Of a stretch of 64,000 nt of DNA, positions 34,341 to 45,187 are shown piece after piece (the stretch's first letter is position 1; each line of letters begins with the position of its first letter). Origin of the DNA: Bacteroidales bacterium. GTDB taxonomy: Bacteria; Bacteroidota; Bacteroidia; Bacteroidales; JAEINX01. The stretch is taken from NCBI GenBank assembly GCA_016342645.1, contig JAEINX010000003.1, positions 667 to 64,666 of the forward strand, in the 5' to 3' direction. A model generated the notes under the pieces. The model had not been told where the DNA came from and made no database searches. It saw only the letters and a program-made list of their open reading frames with translations. The position numbers were made by a program, and so were the translations under genes.

Positions 34341-37300
34341 ATGAGTTTTACAGTTTATAAATCATCAGCAGGATCGGGGAAAACATACACTCTCGTTAAA
34401 GAATATCTGAAAATTGTTTTGTTAGAACCTTTTAGTTTTAGGAGTATTTTAGCTATTACTTTTACCAATAAGGCTGCCAATGAAATGAAAGATAGGATTA
34501 TCGGGAATCTGCAATCATTGTCAAAATTGGATATCAACAAAATTGATAAGAAAACAGAAATACTTTTAAATGCACTTACCTCAGAAACTGGCCTAAAACC
34601 TGAAATAATCACCCAAAGGGCTACAAAAGTTTTAGAATTAATTCTTCACAATTATTCCGATTTTGCAATTGGAACCATTGATAGCTTTGTTTATAAAATT
34701 ATTAGAACTTTTGCCTTCGACCTTCATATTCCAATAAATTTCGATATTGAATTGGAAACCGATGAAATTATTTCTCAAACAATTGATATTTTATTAAACA
34801 AGGTCGGATCGGATGAAAATCTTACAAGAACTTTGGTTAGGTTCACGGAAGCTAAGACTGAAAACGACCAAAATTGGAATATTGAATTCGATTTAAAAAG
34901 TTTTTCAAGTCAGTTGTTTAACGAAAATGCACAATCTCACATTAACAAACTCAAAGAACTTTCGTTAGAGAATTTTAATTCAATTTATCGAAAAATTAAT
35001 GCCGCAATTAAAGATTTTGAAAACTCAGTTTATACTTGTGCCGTAAAGCCTTATGAATTAATTCTTCAAAAAGCAATCCCTAATAATGCATTTTATCAAG
35101 GTGAAAAAGGCATAGCTAAATATTTTGAAAACCTTTATAATAAACAATTTGATAAAATTGTTCCGAATTCCTACGTCAATAAAACAATTAATGAAAATAA
35201 ATGGTATGCAGGCAAAGCGAATGAATCGGAAATGGCAGCAATTGATAGCGTTAAGGAACAAATACTTTCGGCCTTCAATGATATTTTAGATACACTTTCG
35301 GAGCATTTTGATAATTATAAAACATATTTGATTTTAAGTAAAAACATCTTTCCCCTCGCTTTGCTTAACGAGATTGAGAAAGTATTTCATGAACTAAAAT
35401 CACAAAATAACATTGTACATATTTCGGAATTTAATAAGCGGATATCGGAAATTGTTTTTAACGAACCGGTACCATTTATTTATGAGCGTCTCGGTGAAAA
35501 GTACAGGCATTTTATGATTGATGAGTTTCAGGATACTTCTGTTTTGCAATGGCAAAATCTTCTGCCTTTAATTGATAATTCGCTCGCTGAAGGGAATTTT
35601 AATATGCTTGTCGGTGATGGGAAACAAGCAATTTATCGTTGGCGAAATGGTGAAGTTGAGCAGTTTGCAAAACTTCCCGAAATTTACAAAAAAGAAAAAT
35701 ATCGCTTTTCAGATGAACGTGAACAAAATTTAATTAGAAACTATAAAGCTGAAATTCTTAATAATAATTTTAGATCGAAAGCAGAAATAGTTAAATTTAA
35801 TAATGATTTTTTCAATTTCGTTTCCGAGCTTTTACCTGAGAAATTTAATTCGATATATTCCAACCTTGAACAAGATCATTTAAAGGAAAATGCAGGAGGA
35901 TATGTTCAGTTTAATTTTATTGAAAAAGATAATTCAGAATTTTCATCCGAAGATTTGAATTTTATAAAAATCCATGAAATTATTTTAGAGACGATTGATC
36001 ATAATTTTACTTTTGAAGATATAGCAATTTTGTGCAGGAATAATTCAGAAGCAAGTCGAGTTGCACGCTATCTTATTGAAAATAAAATTAATGTTATTTC
36101 ATCAGAATCTTTGCTGTTGTATAAATCGCCGGAAGTCAGTTTTTTGCTGGCTTTTTTGAAATTTATCCTAAAACCTGATGATAAAATTTCCCAAACGGAA
36201 ATAATAAATTTCTTGTTGCAAAATGAAAAAATAGAAGGTAGCAATCTTAATGCCTACCTTATTAATTTAAAAAATATTTCTGAAAGTATAACTAAAACAG
36301 AAGATTACGATAAAAATTTTATTAATTTAATAAAGAAATCCGGCTTTAAAACAAATTTAAATGAATTAAATTTTTTACCGGTTTTTGATTTATGTGAAAA
36401 GCTTATTAGAGAATTTTTTGATAAAGAAGATGTCAACCCATATTTGCAATTTTTTCTTGATTCGGTTCTTAAATTTACAACTCAAACAAACACTAATTTA
36501 TCAGAATTTCTTGAGTGGTGGGAAAAGAATAAAAAATCTTTGTCGCTTGTAATTCCCGAAGGAATCAATGCCGTAAAAATTATGACAATTCATAAAGCAA
36601 AGGGCTTGGAATTTCCGGTAGTTATTTTCCCTTTTGCTAATGAAAAATTGAATGTTTCACGAAATTCAATTTGGGTTGATTATCAGGATGAGAATTTACC
36701 GGAATTAAAAACAGCTTTGTTTCCGACAAACAAAGATTTGGAAGAAACTAAATATGCTGAATTATATATTGAAGAAAAAAATAAGTCTTTTCTTGATTTA
36801 TTGAATTTATTATACGTTGTGATGACAAGGCCTTCCGAACGTTTGTACGTTTTGTCACCTTTACCTCCAAAAAACAGCAATAATATTTCATTGCCAATAC
36901 TGTTTTCAGAATTTTTGAAAAAAACAGGTGATTGGTCAGAAACAGAATCCGTTTATTCTTTTGGCGAGAAAGCTTTTTATTTAAGAAGCAAGGAAAAACA
37001 TGGAGAAGAAAACTTTAAACTTAATTCATTCATTTCAAACGAATGGAGAAATAAAATGTTGATAAGCAAGTTAGCTCCTGATGTTTGGGATGTCGAATAT
37101 CCCGAAAAAAATAAACAATGGGGTAATTTGGTTCACAATGTTTTATCTCAAATTTTCACCATTGAGGATGTTGACGAAACCTTGAATTCTTTGCTTCTTA
37201 ATGGAATCCTTGATAATGAGGAAAAAATTCAATTGTCTAAAATCACAAACCAACTAATTTCAAATCCCGACATTAATCAATATTTTCAAAAAGGCTTAGA

Positions 37301-37535
37301 AATAAAGAACGAAGTAGAGATACTGCTAACTGATGGAAAATCAATTAGACCAGATAGGCTTGTTTTCAAAGATGATGAACTGATAATTATTGATTATAAA
37401 ACCGGAAGCCATAAAGAGTCTGATACTAAACAAATTAAAAAATATGGAAATATTCTTTATGATTTGGGATACAAAAATATCAAGAAGGTTTTAATTTACA
37501 TCAATAATGAAAATTGTGAAATTGTTGAAATTTAA
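34341..37535 (+). CDS. UvrD/AddA-type helicase with C-terminal PD-(D/E)XK nuclease
   Basis: Walker A SAGSGKTYTL, DEFQDTS, and a C-terminal RPDRLVF...IIIDYKTG nuclease motif. I prefer the ATG at 34341; the track's TTG at 34314 overlaps the terminator. Confidence 0.8.
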   Translation: MSFTVYKSSAGSGKTYTLVKEYLKIVLLEPFSFRSILAITFTNKAANEMKDRIIGNLQSLSKLDINKIDKKTEILLNALTSETGLKPEIITQRATKVLELILHNYSDFAIGTIDSFVYKIIRTFAFDLHIPINFDIELETDEIISQTIDILLNKVGSDENLTRTLVRFTEAKTENDQNWNIEFDLKSFSSQLFNENAQSHINKLKELSLENFNSIYRKINAAIKDFENSVYTCAVKPYELILQKAIPNNAFYQGEKGIAKYFENLYNKQFDKIVPNSYVNKTINENKWYAGKANESEMAAIDSVKEQILSAFNDILDTLSEHFDNYKTYLILSKNIFPLALLNEIEKVFHELKSQNNIVHISEFNKRISEIVFNEPVPFIYERLGEKYRHFMIDEFQDTSVLQWQNLLPLIDNSLAEGNFNMLVGDGKQAIYRWRNGEVEQFAKLPEIYKKEKYRFSDEREQNLIRNYKAEILNNNFRSKAEIVKFNNDFFNFVSELLPEKFNSIYSNLEQDHLKENAGGYVQFNFIEKDNSEFSSEDLNFIKIHEIILETIDHNFTFEDIAILCRNNSEASRVARYLIENKINVISSESLLLYKSPEVSFLLAFLKFILKPDDKISQTEIINFLLQNEKIEGSNLNAYLINLKNISESITKTEDYDKNFINLIKKSGFKTNLNELNFLPVFDLCEKLIREFFDKEDVNPYLQFFLDSVLKFTTQTNTNLSEFLEWWEKNKKSLSLVIPEGINAVKIMTIHKAKGLEFPVVIFPFANEKLNVSRNSIWVDYQDENLPELKTALFPTNKDLEETKYAELYIEEKNKSFLDLLNLLYVVMTRPSERLYVLSPLPPKNSNNISLPILFSEFLKKTGDWSETESVYSFGEKAFYLRSKEKHGEENFKLNSFISNEWRNKMLISKLAPDVWDVEYPEKNKQWGNLVHNVLSQIFTIEDVDETLNSLLLNGILDNEEKIQLSKITNQLISNPDINQYFQKGLEIKNEVEILLTDGKSIRPDRLVFKDDELIIIDYKTGSHKESDTKQIKKYGNILYDLGYKNIKKVLIYINNENCEIVEI

Positions 37536-37626
37536 TAATATAGCAATTCAAAAATTTAACAATTTTTTTAATTATCCAAATATTATCTGTATTTTATCCG
37601 AATATTATATGTATCATACAGTGTTC

Positions 37627-39087
37627 TTAGATGTTTAATTGTTTGGAAGCATCTGCTTTGTGCAAACTTTTCACCTCAGTTGTTCCTCCACCTTTTAATG
37701 TCAAAGCAATAGGTAAGTTAGTTTTCCATTTTCCGCAAGTAAAATCGGGAACATCAACCGAATTTGATCGATTTGCCACCGACCATTCGCTAAGCGGTGC
37801 TATTGAACTCCAAAGAGCAGCATCGTAAACATCCTGATCAAGAGGTAAACCGTTTCTAAGACAGTCTATAAGTCGCCAATCCATGATAAAATCCATACCG
37901 CCATGGCCACCGACCTTCTTGGCCATCTCACCTACTCGTTTAACAATTTCAGGAGTATATTTTTCTTCTGCTTCTTGCATTTCAGTTTCATCCAAATAGT
38001 GGTGTCCAAGAGCAATACGGGCAGGTGAAGGCCATTTGCGAGCCATACCCAGTGTTCCGCTCAAAAGATGAATTCTGGAATATGGACGTGGAGAAGTAAC
38101 ATCATGTTGAATCATAATGCTGCGTCCTTTATAAGTTCTTACAAGAGTTGTATTCATATTTCCACGGTAGGTTTTTCTGGCGAATTCTTTATAAAAATCA
38201 TCCTGAGCTGCAAGTTCATTAGCTTTATCAGCCATCTGAAAATCCTTTGTTGACACTGATGTCAGATATTCCATTTGATCGCCGCGGTTGATATTCATGG
38301 TTTGGCAAATTGGGCCTAAACCGTGAGTAGGGTAGAGGTTACCGTTTCGCATATTTTCGCGCAAACGCCACATATCGGTATATCCATTATCAACTTGTTG
38401 ATCGTCTTTTGGTTTTGCAAAATTCATACCTATCAAAGTATGAATATATGCAGCTTCGCCGTGAACAATATCACCAAAGTATCCCTGACGAGCCATGTTT
38501 AAAGTCATTAGCTCAAAGAAATCATAACAGCAATTTTCTAGCATCATACAATGGCGCTTAGTCTTTTCGCTTGTTTCAACCAATTGCCAGCATTCATCAA
38601 TAGTTTTGGCAGCCGGAACTTCAACTGCAACATGTTTTCCTTTCTCCATTGCGAAAACTGACATGGGAGTATGTAGGCTCCATGGTGTACAAATATATAT
38701 CAGATCAATGTCTTCCATTTTACAAAGTTCCTTCCACGAATCTTCACGGCCATAAAATTCTTTGGCTTTTGGTAAACCGAACGAAGAAAGGGTCTTCTGC
38801 GATTCTGAAACTCCGGCAATACGTTTATCGCATAAAGCTTTGATTTCAACACCGTCAATATGTGCCATTCTGATTACTGCTCCTTTACCTCTGTTGCCGA
38901 GCCCGATAAACCCAATTCTCACAACAGGAAGTTTTGGTGCAGAATAAGCACACATATTAAATTTTTGTTTGTAATTATTTGCCCAAGGAACGGTATTTCT
39001 CTTTGAATTACATGCCCATAATCCGGTGGCTAAGATACCTGTTCCCAGCGCTGCAGTTTTTAAAAAATCACGACGATCGCTAATCAT
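37627..39087 (-). CDS. Tat-exported Gfo/Idh/MocA-family oxidoreductase (GH109-like)
   Basis: Twin-arginine signal DRRDFLKTAALGTGILA and a Rossmann motif VRIGFIGLGNRG. 486 aa. Markedly GC-richer than its neighbours (28/60 in my sample at 37861-37920). Confidence 0.7.
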   Translation of the reverse strand: MISDRRDFLKTAALGTGILATGLWACNSKRNTVPWANNYKQKFNMCAYSAPKLPVVRIGFIGLGNRGKGAVIRMAHIDGVEIKALCDKRIAGVSESQKTLSSFGLPKAKEFYGREDSWKELCKMEDIDLIYICTPWSLHTPMSVFAMEKGKHVAVEVPAAKTIDECWQLVETSEKTKRHCMMLENCCYDFFELMTLNMARQGYFGDIVHGEAAYIHTLIGMNFAKPKDDQQVDNGYTDMWRLRENMRNGNLYPTHGLGPICQTMNINRGDQMEYLTSVSTKDFQMADKANELAAQDDFYKEFARKTYRGNMNTTLVRTYKGRSIMIQHDVTSPRPYSRIHLLSGTLGMARKWPSPARIALGHHYLDETEMQEAEEKYTPEIVKRVGEMAKKVGGHGGMDFIMDWRLIDCLRNGLPLDQDVYDAALWSSIAPLSEWSVANRSNSVDVPDFTCGKWKTNLPIALTLKGGGTTEVKSLHKADASKQLNI

Positions 39088-39135
39088 AATATTTTTTTAT
39101 GTTAATATGTTTCTAAATTGATAGTATTTTATGTT

Positions 39136-40377
39136 TCATACTTTTAATCTTTTAACCAATTTTCCAATCGTTAAACCTTGAACTATAATTGAAAATGCGG
39201 CTACTGAATAGGTCAGAAAAACAATAAAATGTCCACTTAGTTCAGGTGTAATAGACAAAGCAAGTGCAAAGGCTAAAGCGCCTCGTAATCCACTCCATGT
39301 CATTACGCTTATATATTTTAGGCTATACCATGGTTTACTGAATTTATTATTTCTAACTAAAAATCTTGAAATAAACACAGAAACAAAGCGGCCAATTAAA
39401 ACTATAAAAATTGCGAAAAAAGCAGCCAAAAAATCAATCGCAACCGGATCAATTAAAAGAATTGCCAAGCCCATCATAACAAAAACCATACTATTGAAAA
39501 CTTCATCAATTATTTCCCAAAAGATAGTAATTAAGGTTTTTGTATCAAATCCGGCATACTTATGAACCCAGTTTCCAATAGTTAAACCGGCAGAAACCAT
39601 CGCCAAAGCACCCGAAACCTTGATAGTGTTTGCGATTGCATATCCTCCCGTTGCAACTACCATTGTCATAATCACAGCAGTTTTCGGATCTTTTTTTAAC
39701 TTCTTAAGAAAAAACAAAGCACTAAAACCAAGCAATAAACCAAACAATATTCCGCCTCCCGCTTCTCTTAAAAACAGCAGACCTGTTTCGTGAATTGAAA
39801 AACCTTTTTCGTCGCCCGTAATCAATTGTATGATCGTAACAAACACAACGATTCCAATTCCATCATTAAAAAGAGATTCGCCTTCAATTTTTGTTGAAAG
39901 AGTTTTTTTGATATTAAAATTTTTAAATATTGCTAAAACCGCAATTGGATCTGTCGGTGAGATCAAGGCGCCAAATAACAAGCAGTGTAATAAAGGGATG
40001 TTCAAACCAATTAATCCAAACGCAAAATATGATAAATAACCGATTATGATAGTTGAAATAATAGTACCGAATACTGCAAAAACAAAAACAGGGACTCTAA
40101 CTTCATCAAGAGTTTTGATGTCGATATGAACAGCTCCGGCAAACAGCAGAAAGCTTAATAAAATATTCATTAAAAAATCATGGAAATCAAGTTCTTTAAG
40201 AATTTGGGGAAGTTTTATAAACAATTCATTATCAAAGTGCCTCACAAATAAAAGTAAAACAGATAGACACATTCCAAGAATCATTAATCCTATTGTTGTT
40301 GGGAGTTTAAGGAATTTTATGTTGATAAAAGTCAGAAGAGCAGCAACGGCTAGTAAAATTATAAATGATTCGTACAT
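39136..40377 (-). CDS. Na+/H+ (cation:proton) antiporter, CPA1/NhaP-type
   Basis: 413 aa, polytopic, with ALISPTDPIAVLAI...ESLFNDGIGIVVF motifs. Confidence 0.75.
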   Translation of the reverse strand: MYESFIILLAVAALLTFINIKFLKLPTTIGLMILGMCLSVLLLFVRHFDNELFIKLPQILKELDFHDFLMNILLSFLLFAGAVHIDIKTLDEVRVPVFVFAVFGTIISTIIIGYLSYFAFGLIGLNIPLLHCLLFGALISPTDPIAVLAIFKNFNIKKTLSTKIEGESLFNDGIGIVVFVTIIQLITGDEKGFSIHETGLLFLREAGGGILFGLLLGFSALFFLKKLKKDPKTAVIMTMVVATGGYAIANTIKVSGALAMVSAGLTIGNWVHKYAGFDTKTLITIFWEIIDEVFNSMVFVMMGLAILLIDPVAIDFLAAFFAIFIVLIGRFVSVFISRFLVRNNKFSKPWYSLKYISVMTWSGLRGALAFALALSITPELSGHFIVFLTYSVAAFSIIVQGLTIGKLVKRLKV

Positions 40378-40563
40378 AAATAAGTTTTTGTAAAAATAGA
40401 AAAAATGAATTAAAAATTTTGAATTGCTGGGAAAGTTTTAGCGAACAATAAATTGTGAATAATCGTAAAAATACTTTAAGCATTCACTATAAGACTATTG
40501 GGCCAATACATTAGCCTCTTCCGAACGGAATCATTTTTTTATTTGGTTTTTATAAAAAGGTGT

Positions 40564-40571
40564 ATATTTGC
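40564..40571 (+). promoter_or_regulatory. Bacteroidota-type -7 box TAnnTTTG (tatatttg)
   Basis: Exact match immediately upstream of the riboswitch P1 region. Confidence 0.35.
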
Positions 40572-40574
40572 TTC

Positions 40575-40785
40575 AAGTTATGGTGTATTTATTTTTGTTT
40601 TTAAAATAAGTCATAATAGGGAATCAGGTGCCTGATTTTTTTCGGAATTCCTGAACAGTTCCCGCTGCTGTAAGCTCTTTAACTTTTTGAACACACCTTG
40701 CCACTGTCTCCAAATTACGGGGATGGGAAGGCCTTCAAAAAAGTGAGTAAGTCAGAAGACCTGCCATAATTTAAAATAGTTCAGA
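40575..40785 (+). promoter_or_regulatory. Cobalamin (B12) riboswitch
   Basis: Conserved elements in order: AGGGAAtcaGGTG, GAATTCC, CCCGCtGCTGTAA, GCCACTG, GGGAAGGC, and the B12 box aGTCAGAAGACCTGCC. P1 candidate ttatgg (about 40579) pairs with ccataa (about 40773). Confidence 0.85.
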
Positions 40786-40978
40786 GCTTTCGGGTTTAAA
40801 AGCTTAGAATAAAATTTAGGGTAAAACCTTATTTATTCGGTTTGTTTCCGTAAAGTTTTGAAGTTTAAAATATTTATTAATTAAACTTTAAAACCGTTTT
40901 TATGAAAAAAATACCTTTGTTAAATCCCTCTATTGTAATATTATAACAATATAACTATTAAAAATTAATTTTTAAGTA

Positions 40979-42889
40979 ATGAGGGAAGGCTTACTGTATT
41001 TTCTAATTCTTTTAATAACACCTGTGTTTTTGTTTTCTCAGTCAGGAGGCAAAAATAGTATAAATCTTCCTGAATTTGAATTGAAAGAAACCGGCTTGAA
41101 AGATTTTTCAACCACTTTAAAAGTTAATCGAATTGATTCGATTGTTTTGAAACAAAATTCTTTATCGTCATTATCAGAAATTTTAATTTCGCAAAGTCCG
41201 ATTTTCGTAAAAACTTATGGTTCGGGCAGTCTTGCCACCCTTTCATTTAGAGGAACTACAGCAAATCATACAGGTATTTTTTGGAATGGATTTTCAATTG
41301 AACCTCCAAATATTGGAATGACTGATCTTTCACTAATTCCGATAGCTTTTTTCGAGTCGATTGAAATTCAGCATGGAGGCTCAAGCTCGCTTTTTGGTAG
41401 CGGAAACATTGGCGGAAGCATTCATCTTGAAAATAATAATCATTTCGATTCGGAAAATAAATATAATTTAGCTTTATCATCAGGCAGTTTTGGATCATAT
41501 TCCGGTAATATCAAAGTTTTATTATCCAAAAAAAATTGGACTTCTTCAAGTGGAATTTTAGTTCGTAAGATGAAAAACAATTTTAGGTTTAAAAATGTTT
41601 ATGAAAAAAGCGAAAAACAAGAAAATGCTGAATTGTTTCAATATGGAATTTATCATACATATAGTCGTAAAATAAAGAACAACAATCTATTTACGATTGC
41701 AGCTTGGTTGCAGTTTTCTGATCGTGAAATTCCAAAAACTCTTACTTCACGCCCAAGCATTGCTTATCAAATTGATAGAGCTTTTCGTACGTATGCCGAG
41801 TGGAAAAAGTTTCTTAAAAATGGTTCAGTTTCTGCAAAATCAGCCTACTTTGACGAGTTTTTGCATTTTGTTGACAAAAGCGAAAAATCAGAAAATACAA
41901 ATATTGATTCAAAGATATTTATGAAGAGTTTTATTTCGGAATTTGATTATAAAAAATCTGTTTTCGAAATAGTAAATATTAACGCCGGAATTTCTTTTAA
42001 AACAAAAATAGGCGAAACCGAAAGTTATCATGGATTGAAAAGCCGGAATGAAGCGGCTGTTTTTTTGGCCTCGGTAATTAATTTACAAAAAATTCATTGG
42101 TCGGTAGCTTTAAATCTAAGACAAGAATTTATTGAAGAATACGATATTCCATTTACTCATTCAATTGGTTTTGAGGGTAAAATTTGGAAAAATATTTCAG
42201 GCCGAATAAACATTTCACGAAATTTCAGGGCACCGACTTTGAACGATAGATTTTGGATTCCAGGAGGTAACGAAAATTTAAAACCCGAAAATAGTTGGAA
42301 CCAAGAAGCAGGTTTGAATTTTATTTTTCCCTCAAAAAGTAGAAATCATTTTTCTGAATTTTCATTAACAGTATATAATTCAATGATAAATGATTTGATA
42401 ATGTGGATTCCGAATAATAATTTCTGGTCGGTAAATAATGTACAAAAAGTTTGGGCCAGAGGTATTGAATTCCAAGGTAAAACAAATCTGAAGATAAAGG
42501 AGTTTGGTATGATTATTTTAGGAGCATACACTTATTCGAAATCAACAAATAGTAAAAAACTTAGCGAAAGCGACCACTCATATAATAAGCAATTGATTTA
42601 CACTCCGCTGCATAATTTCTCAATTAGTTTGCAGTTGCTTTATAATAGATGGTCAATTTTTTACGATAAAAATTTTGTTGGAAAAGCATTTACAACAAAA
42701 GATAACCTGAACGAAATCCCGTCATATTCAATTTCAAACCTTAGTTTTAATAAAAGTTTTCGGCTTTACGAGAAATTATTGAATTTACAATTTAGAATTA
42801 ATAATATTTTCGATAAAAACTATCAGGTGATTGAATACAGACCAATGCCCGGAAGATCATTCACATTAAGCATAAATTTAGAAATTTAA
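40979..42889 (+). CDS. btuB: TonB-dependent outer-membrane receptor, BtuB-like (riboswitch-controlled)
   Basis: 636 aa with a signal peptide and a plug domain (LSEILISQSPIFVKTYGSGSLATLSFRGTTANHTGIFWNG). C-terminal ...RPMPGRSFTLSINLEI ending in an aromatic/aliphatic residue. Downstream of the B12 riboswitch. Confidence 0.75.
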   Translation: MREGLLYFLILLITPVFLFSQSGGKNSINLPEFELKETGLKDFSTTLKVNRIDSIVLKQNSLSSLSEILISQSPIFVKTYGSGSLATLSFRGTTANHTGIFWNGFSIEPPNIGMTDLSLIPIAFFESIEIQHGGSSSLFGSGNIGGSIHLENNNHFDSENKYNLALSSGSFGSYSGNIKVLLSKKNWTSSSGILVRKMKNNFRFKNVYEKSEKQENAELFQYGIYHTYSRKIKNNNLFTIAAWLQFSDREIPKTLTSRPSIAYQIDRAFRTYAEWKKFLKNGSVSAKSAYFDEFLHFVDKSEKSENTNIDSKIFMKSFISEFDYKKSVFEIVNINAGISFKTKIGETESYHGLKSRNEAAVFLASVINLQKIHWSVALNLRQEFIEEYDIPFTHSIGFEGKIWKNISGRINISRNFRAPTLNDRFWIPGGNENLKPENSWNQEAGLNFIFPSKSRNHFSEFSLTVYNSMINDLIMWIPNNNFWSVNNVQKVWARGIEFQGKTNLKIKEFGMIILGAYTYSKSTNSKKLSESDHSYNKQLIYTPLHNFSISLQLLYNRWSIFYDKNFVGKAFTTKDNLNEIPSYSISNLSFNKSFRLYEKLLNLQFRINNIFDKNYQVIEYRPMPGRSFTLSINLEI

Positions 42890-42902
42890 AAAATTATTTA
42901 AA

Positions 42903-43973
42903 ATGAAAAAAATTGATTCTATATTATTGACATTTTGTTTGTTGCTTATAATAGCATTTCAAGCCTGCAAAAAAAGTAATGAAACAAGCCCTGATTCTCG
43001 CGATTTCAGTAACTGCATTTTTGTTTCAAACGAAGGACCTTTTAATTCAGGAACAGGAACAATAAGTGCTAAGAGTTTTGTAAGCGGGAAAGTTGAGCAC
43101 GAGATTTTTCAACAAGTAAATAGTCGTCCTTTGGGAAATATTGTACAGTCTATTGAAGTTTACAAAGATTTAGCATATATCGTAGTTAACAACATGAATA
43201 AAATTGAAGTTGTTGATGCAAAAACTTTTAAATCGCATGCAACAATTAATGATGTCGTTTTACCACGATATTTTTTAGGGATTTCTGATAATAAAGCATA
43301 TATAACTAGTTGGGATAATGTTGTAGCTGTGATAGACCTCAATTCAAATACTGTTATAAAACAAATTCCTACTGCTACCGGCCCCGAAAAAATGATAAAA
43401 GTTAATAACAAAGTTTTTGTTTTAAATCAGGGAGGATTTTCAACTGATAGTATAATTTCAATTATTGATTGTGAATCTGATACAATTTTGGAAAATCTAA
43501 TTGTTGGTCAGAAACCCTCAGGAATCCGATTAGATAAAAATAATAATCTTTGGGTTTTGTGTTCAGGTTTTGGTTGGAATGGAATGCCGGACGAAAATAA
43601 TACGCCCGGCAAACTGACATGCTTAGATATTGATAATTATTCAATTCTAAAAGAATTTGTTTTCCCTTCTTATGAAAATCATCCCGAAAAACTTATTATT
43701 AATTCGGAAAGAGATTTTTTATTTTACAATTACCCGGGAGGCATATTTCGATTTAATATCAATGATAATGAATTACCGACTACTCCATTTATACAAAGCG
43801 AGAACATTTTTTATTCAATTGCATTCGATAAAATTAATAACAGAATTTATGCTTCAGACGCCCTTGATTTTGTGCAAAACGGAAATATTTTTTCTTATAA
43901 TGCATTAGAAGGAAGTCTATTCGACTCATTCAATGTAGGCATAATACCCGGAAGCATTTATTTTTATTACTAA
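42903..43973 (+). CDS. Surface lipoprotein with beta-propeller-like repeats (YncE/DUF5074-like; BtuG-like candidate)
   Basis: Lipobox LLIIAFQAC. Repeated strand-rich blades (AYIVVNNMNKIEVVD, AYITSWDNVVAVIDL, VFVLNQGGF..IISIID, LWVLCSG, IYASDAL). Co-oriented 13 nt after btuB. Confidence 0.5.
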   Translation: MKKIDSILLTFCLLLIIAFQACKKSNETSPDSRDFSNCIFVSNEGPFNSGTGTISAKSFVSGKVEHEIFQQVNSRPLGNIVQSIEVYKDLAYIVVNNMNKIEVVDAKTFKSHATINDVVLPRYFLGISDNKAYITSWDNVVAVIDLNSNTVIKQIPTATGPEKMIKVNNKVFVLNQGGFSTDSIISIIDCESDTILENLIVGQKPSGIRLDKNNNLWVLCSGFGWNGMPDENNTPGKLTCLDIDNYSILKEFVFPSYENHPEKLIINSERDFLFYNYPGGIFRFNINDNELPTTPFIQSENIFYSIAFDKINNRIYASDALDFVQNGNIFSYNALEGSLFDSFNVGIIPGSIYFYY

Positions 43974-44053
43974 TTATAAAATTCTTAAATTTTATATAAA
44001 AATAATTATTTTTATCTTTACCCATTATTAATCTCATAGAGCCATAAAATAAT

Positions 44054-45079
44054 ATGAAAGAATTGCGATCAAGCAGAAAAAGAATAGCCTTTGCTTTTAC
44101 AATAATGCTTGTTATTTTATTTATTGGGATAATGGGTTATATGTTAATTGAAGGCGATAATTTGCTGGATTCTATATATATGACTATTATAACAATTTCA
44201 ACTGTGGGTTATGGTGAAATTCATGAACTATCAAAGACAGGTAAAATATTTACTATCTTTTTAGTGATTACAAGTTTTGGAACTTACGCTTATGTAGTTT
44301 CAATAATTACAACTTATTTTGTTGAAGGGCAGATGAGGTATATAATTCGGGGGTATAGAGTTAAATCAATACAAAAAAAAATGAAAGATCATGTTATAGT
44401 TTGTGGTTATGGGCGAAATGGCCAACAAGTAATAAAGGAGTTAATCGCAAATAATTATAAATTTGTGATAATTGACAAGGAACAGGAAGGAAATTTTAGT
44501 AAGTTTGATCAGCCGGTTCATTTTATAGAAGGAGATGCTACCGAAGATGAAATATTATTGAAAGCTGCCATACAAAGGGCTGAAGCATTAATCACTACAC
44601 TGCCTATTGATGCCGATAATCTTTTCGTAGTTTTATCAGCAAGATCATTAAATCCTAAAATTAAAATAGTTAGTCGTGCTTCAAACATTAGTTCTGAAAA
44701 AAAATTAAGAGTTGCAGGAGCCGATAATGTGGTTATGCCTGAGCAAGTTGGAGGTGCTCATATGGCTAATCTTATTGCGCGGAGTGATGCTGTTGAATTT
44801 CTTGATCGTCTTTCAATTCATGGGGAAGAACCTGTGAATTTCGAGGAGATTGTTTGTGATCATTTATTAGATTCAATTAAAGATAAAACAATATATGAAA
44901 TTGGTGTTAAAACAAAAACAGGAGTAAATATTGTCGGTTTGAAAACTCCTGAAGGTGAATTTATTTTTAATCCCTCTTCAGATATAATAATTGTTCCAAA
45001 ATCGAAATTATTTGTACTGGGAACTCAGGAACAGATAAAGAAAATGAAAGAGATTTTAAGTCAAAACCATCTAAAATAA
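44054..45079 (+). CDS. K+ channel with RCK/TrkA-N and TrkA-C domains (MthK/Kch-like)
   Basis: Selectivity filter TISTVGYGE, Rossmann motif VIVCGYGRNG, 341 aa. Confidence 0.8.
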   Translation: MKELRSSRKRIAFAFTIMLVILFIGIMGYMLIEGDNLLDSIYMTIITISTVGYGEIHELSKTGKIFTIFLVITSFGTYAYVVSIITTYFVEGQMRYIIRGYRVKSIQKKMKDHVIVCGYGRNGQQVIKELIANNYKFVIIDKEQEGNFSKFDQPVHFIEGDATEDEILLKAAIQRAEALITTLPIDADNLFVVLSARSLNPKIKIVSRASNISSEKKLRVAGADNVVMPEQVGGAHMANLIARSDAVEFLDRLSIHGEEPVNFEEIVCDHLLDSIKDKTIYEIGVKTKTGVNIVGLKTPEGEFIFNPSSDIIIVPKSKLFVLGTQEQIKKMKEILSQNHLK

Positions 45080-45187
45080 ATGGTTTTATAGAAGCAAGTA
45101 AGCATTTTTATATTTTCAAAAATCCTTAAATTGTTATATTGATGTATTGTCACAATTCAGTCATTTTTAAATTCACTCATTGTTTTT

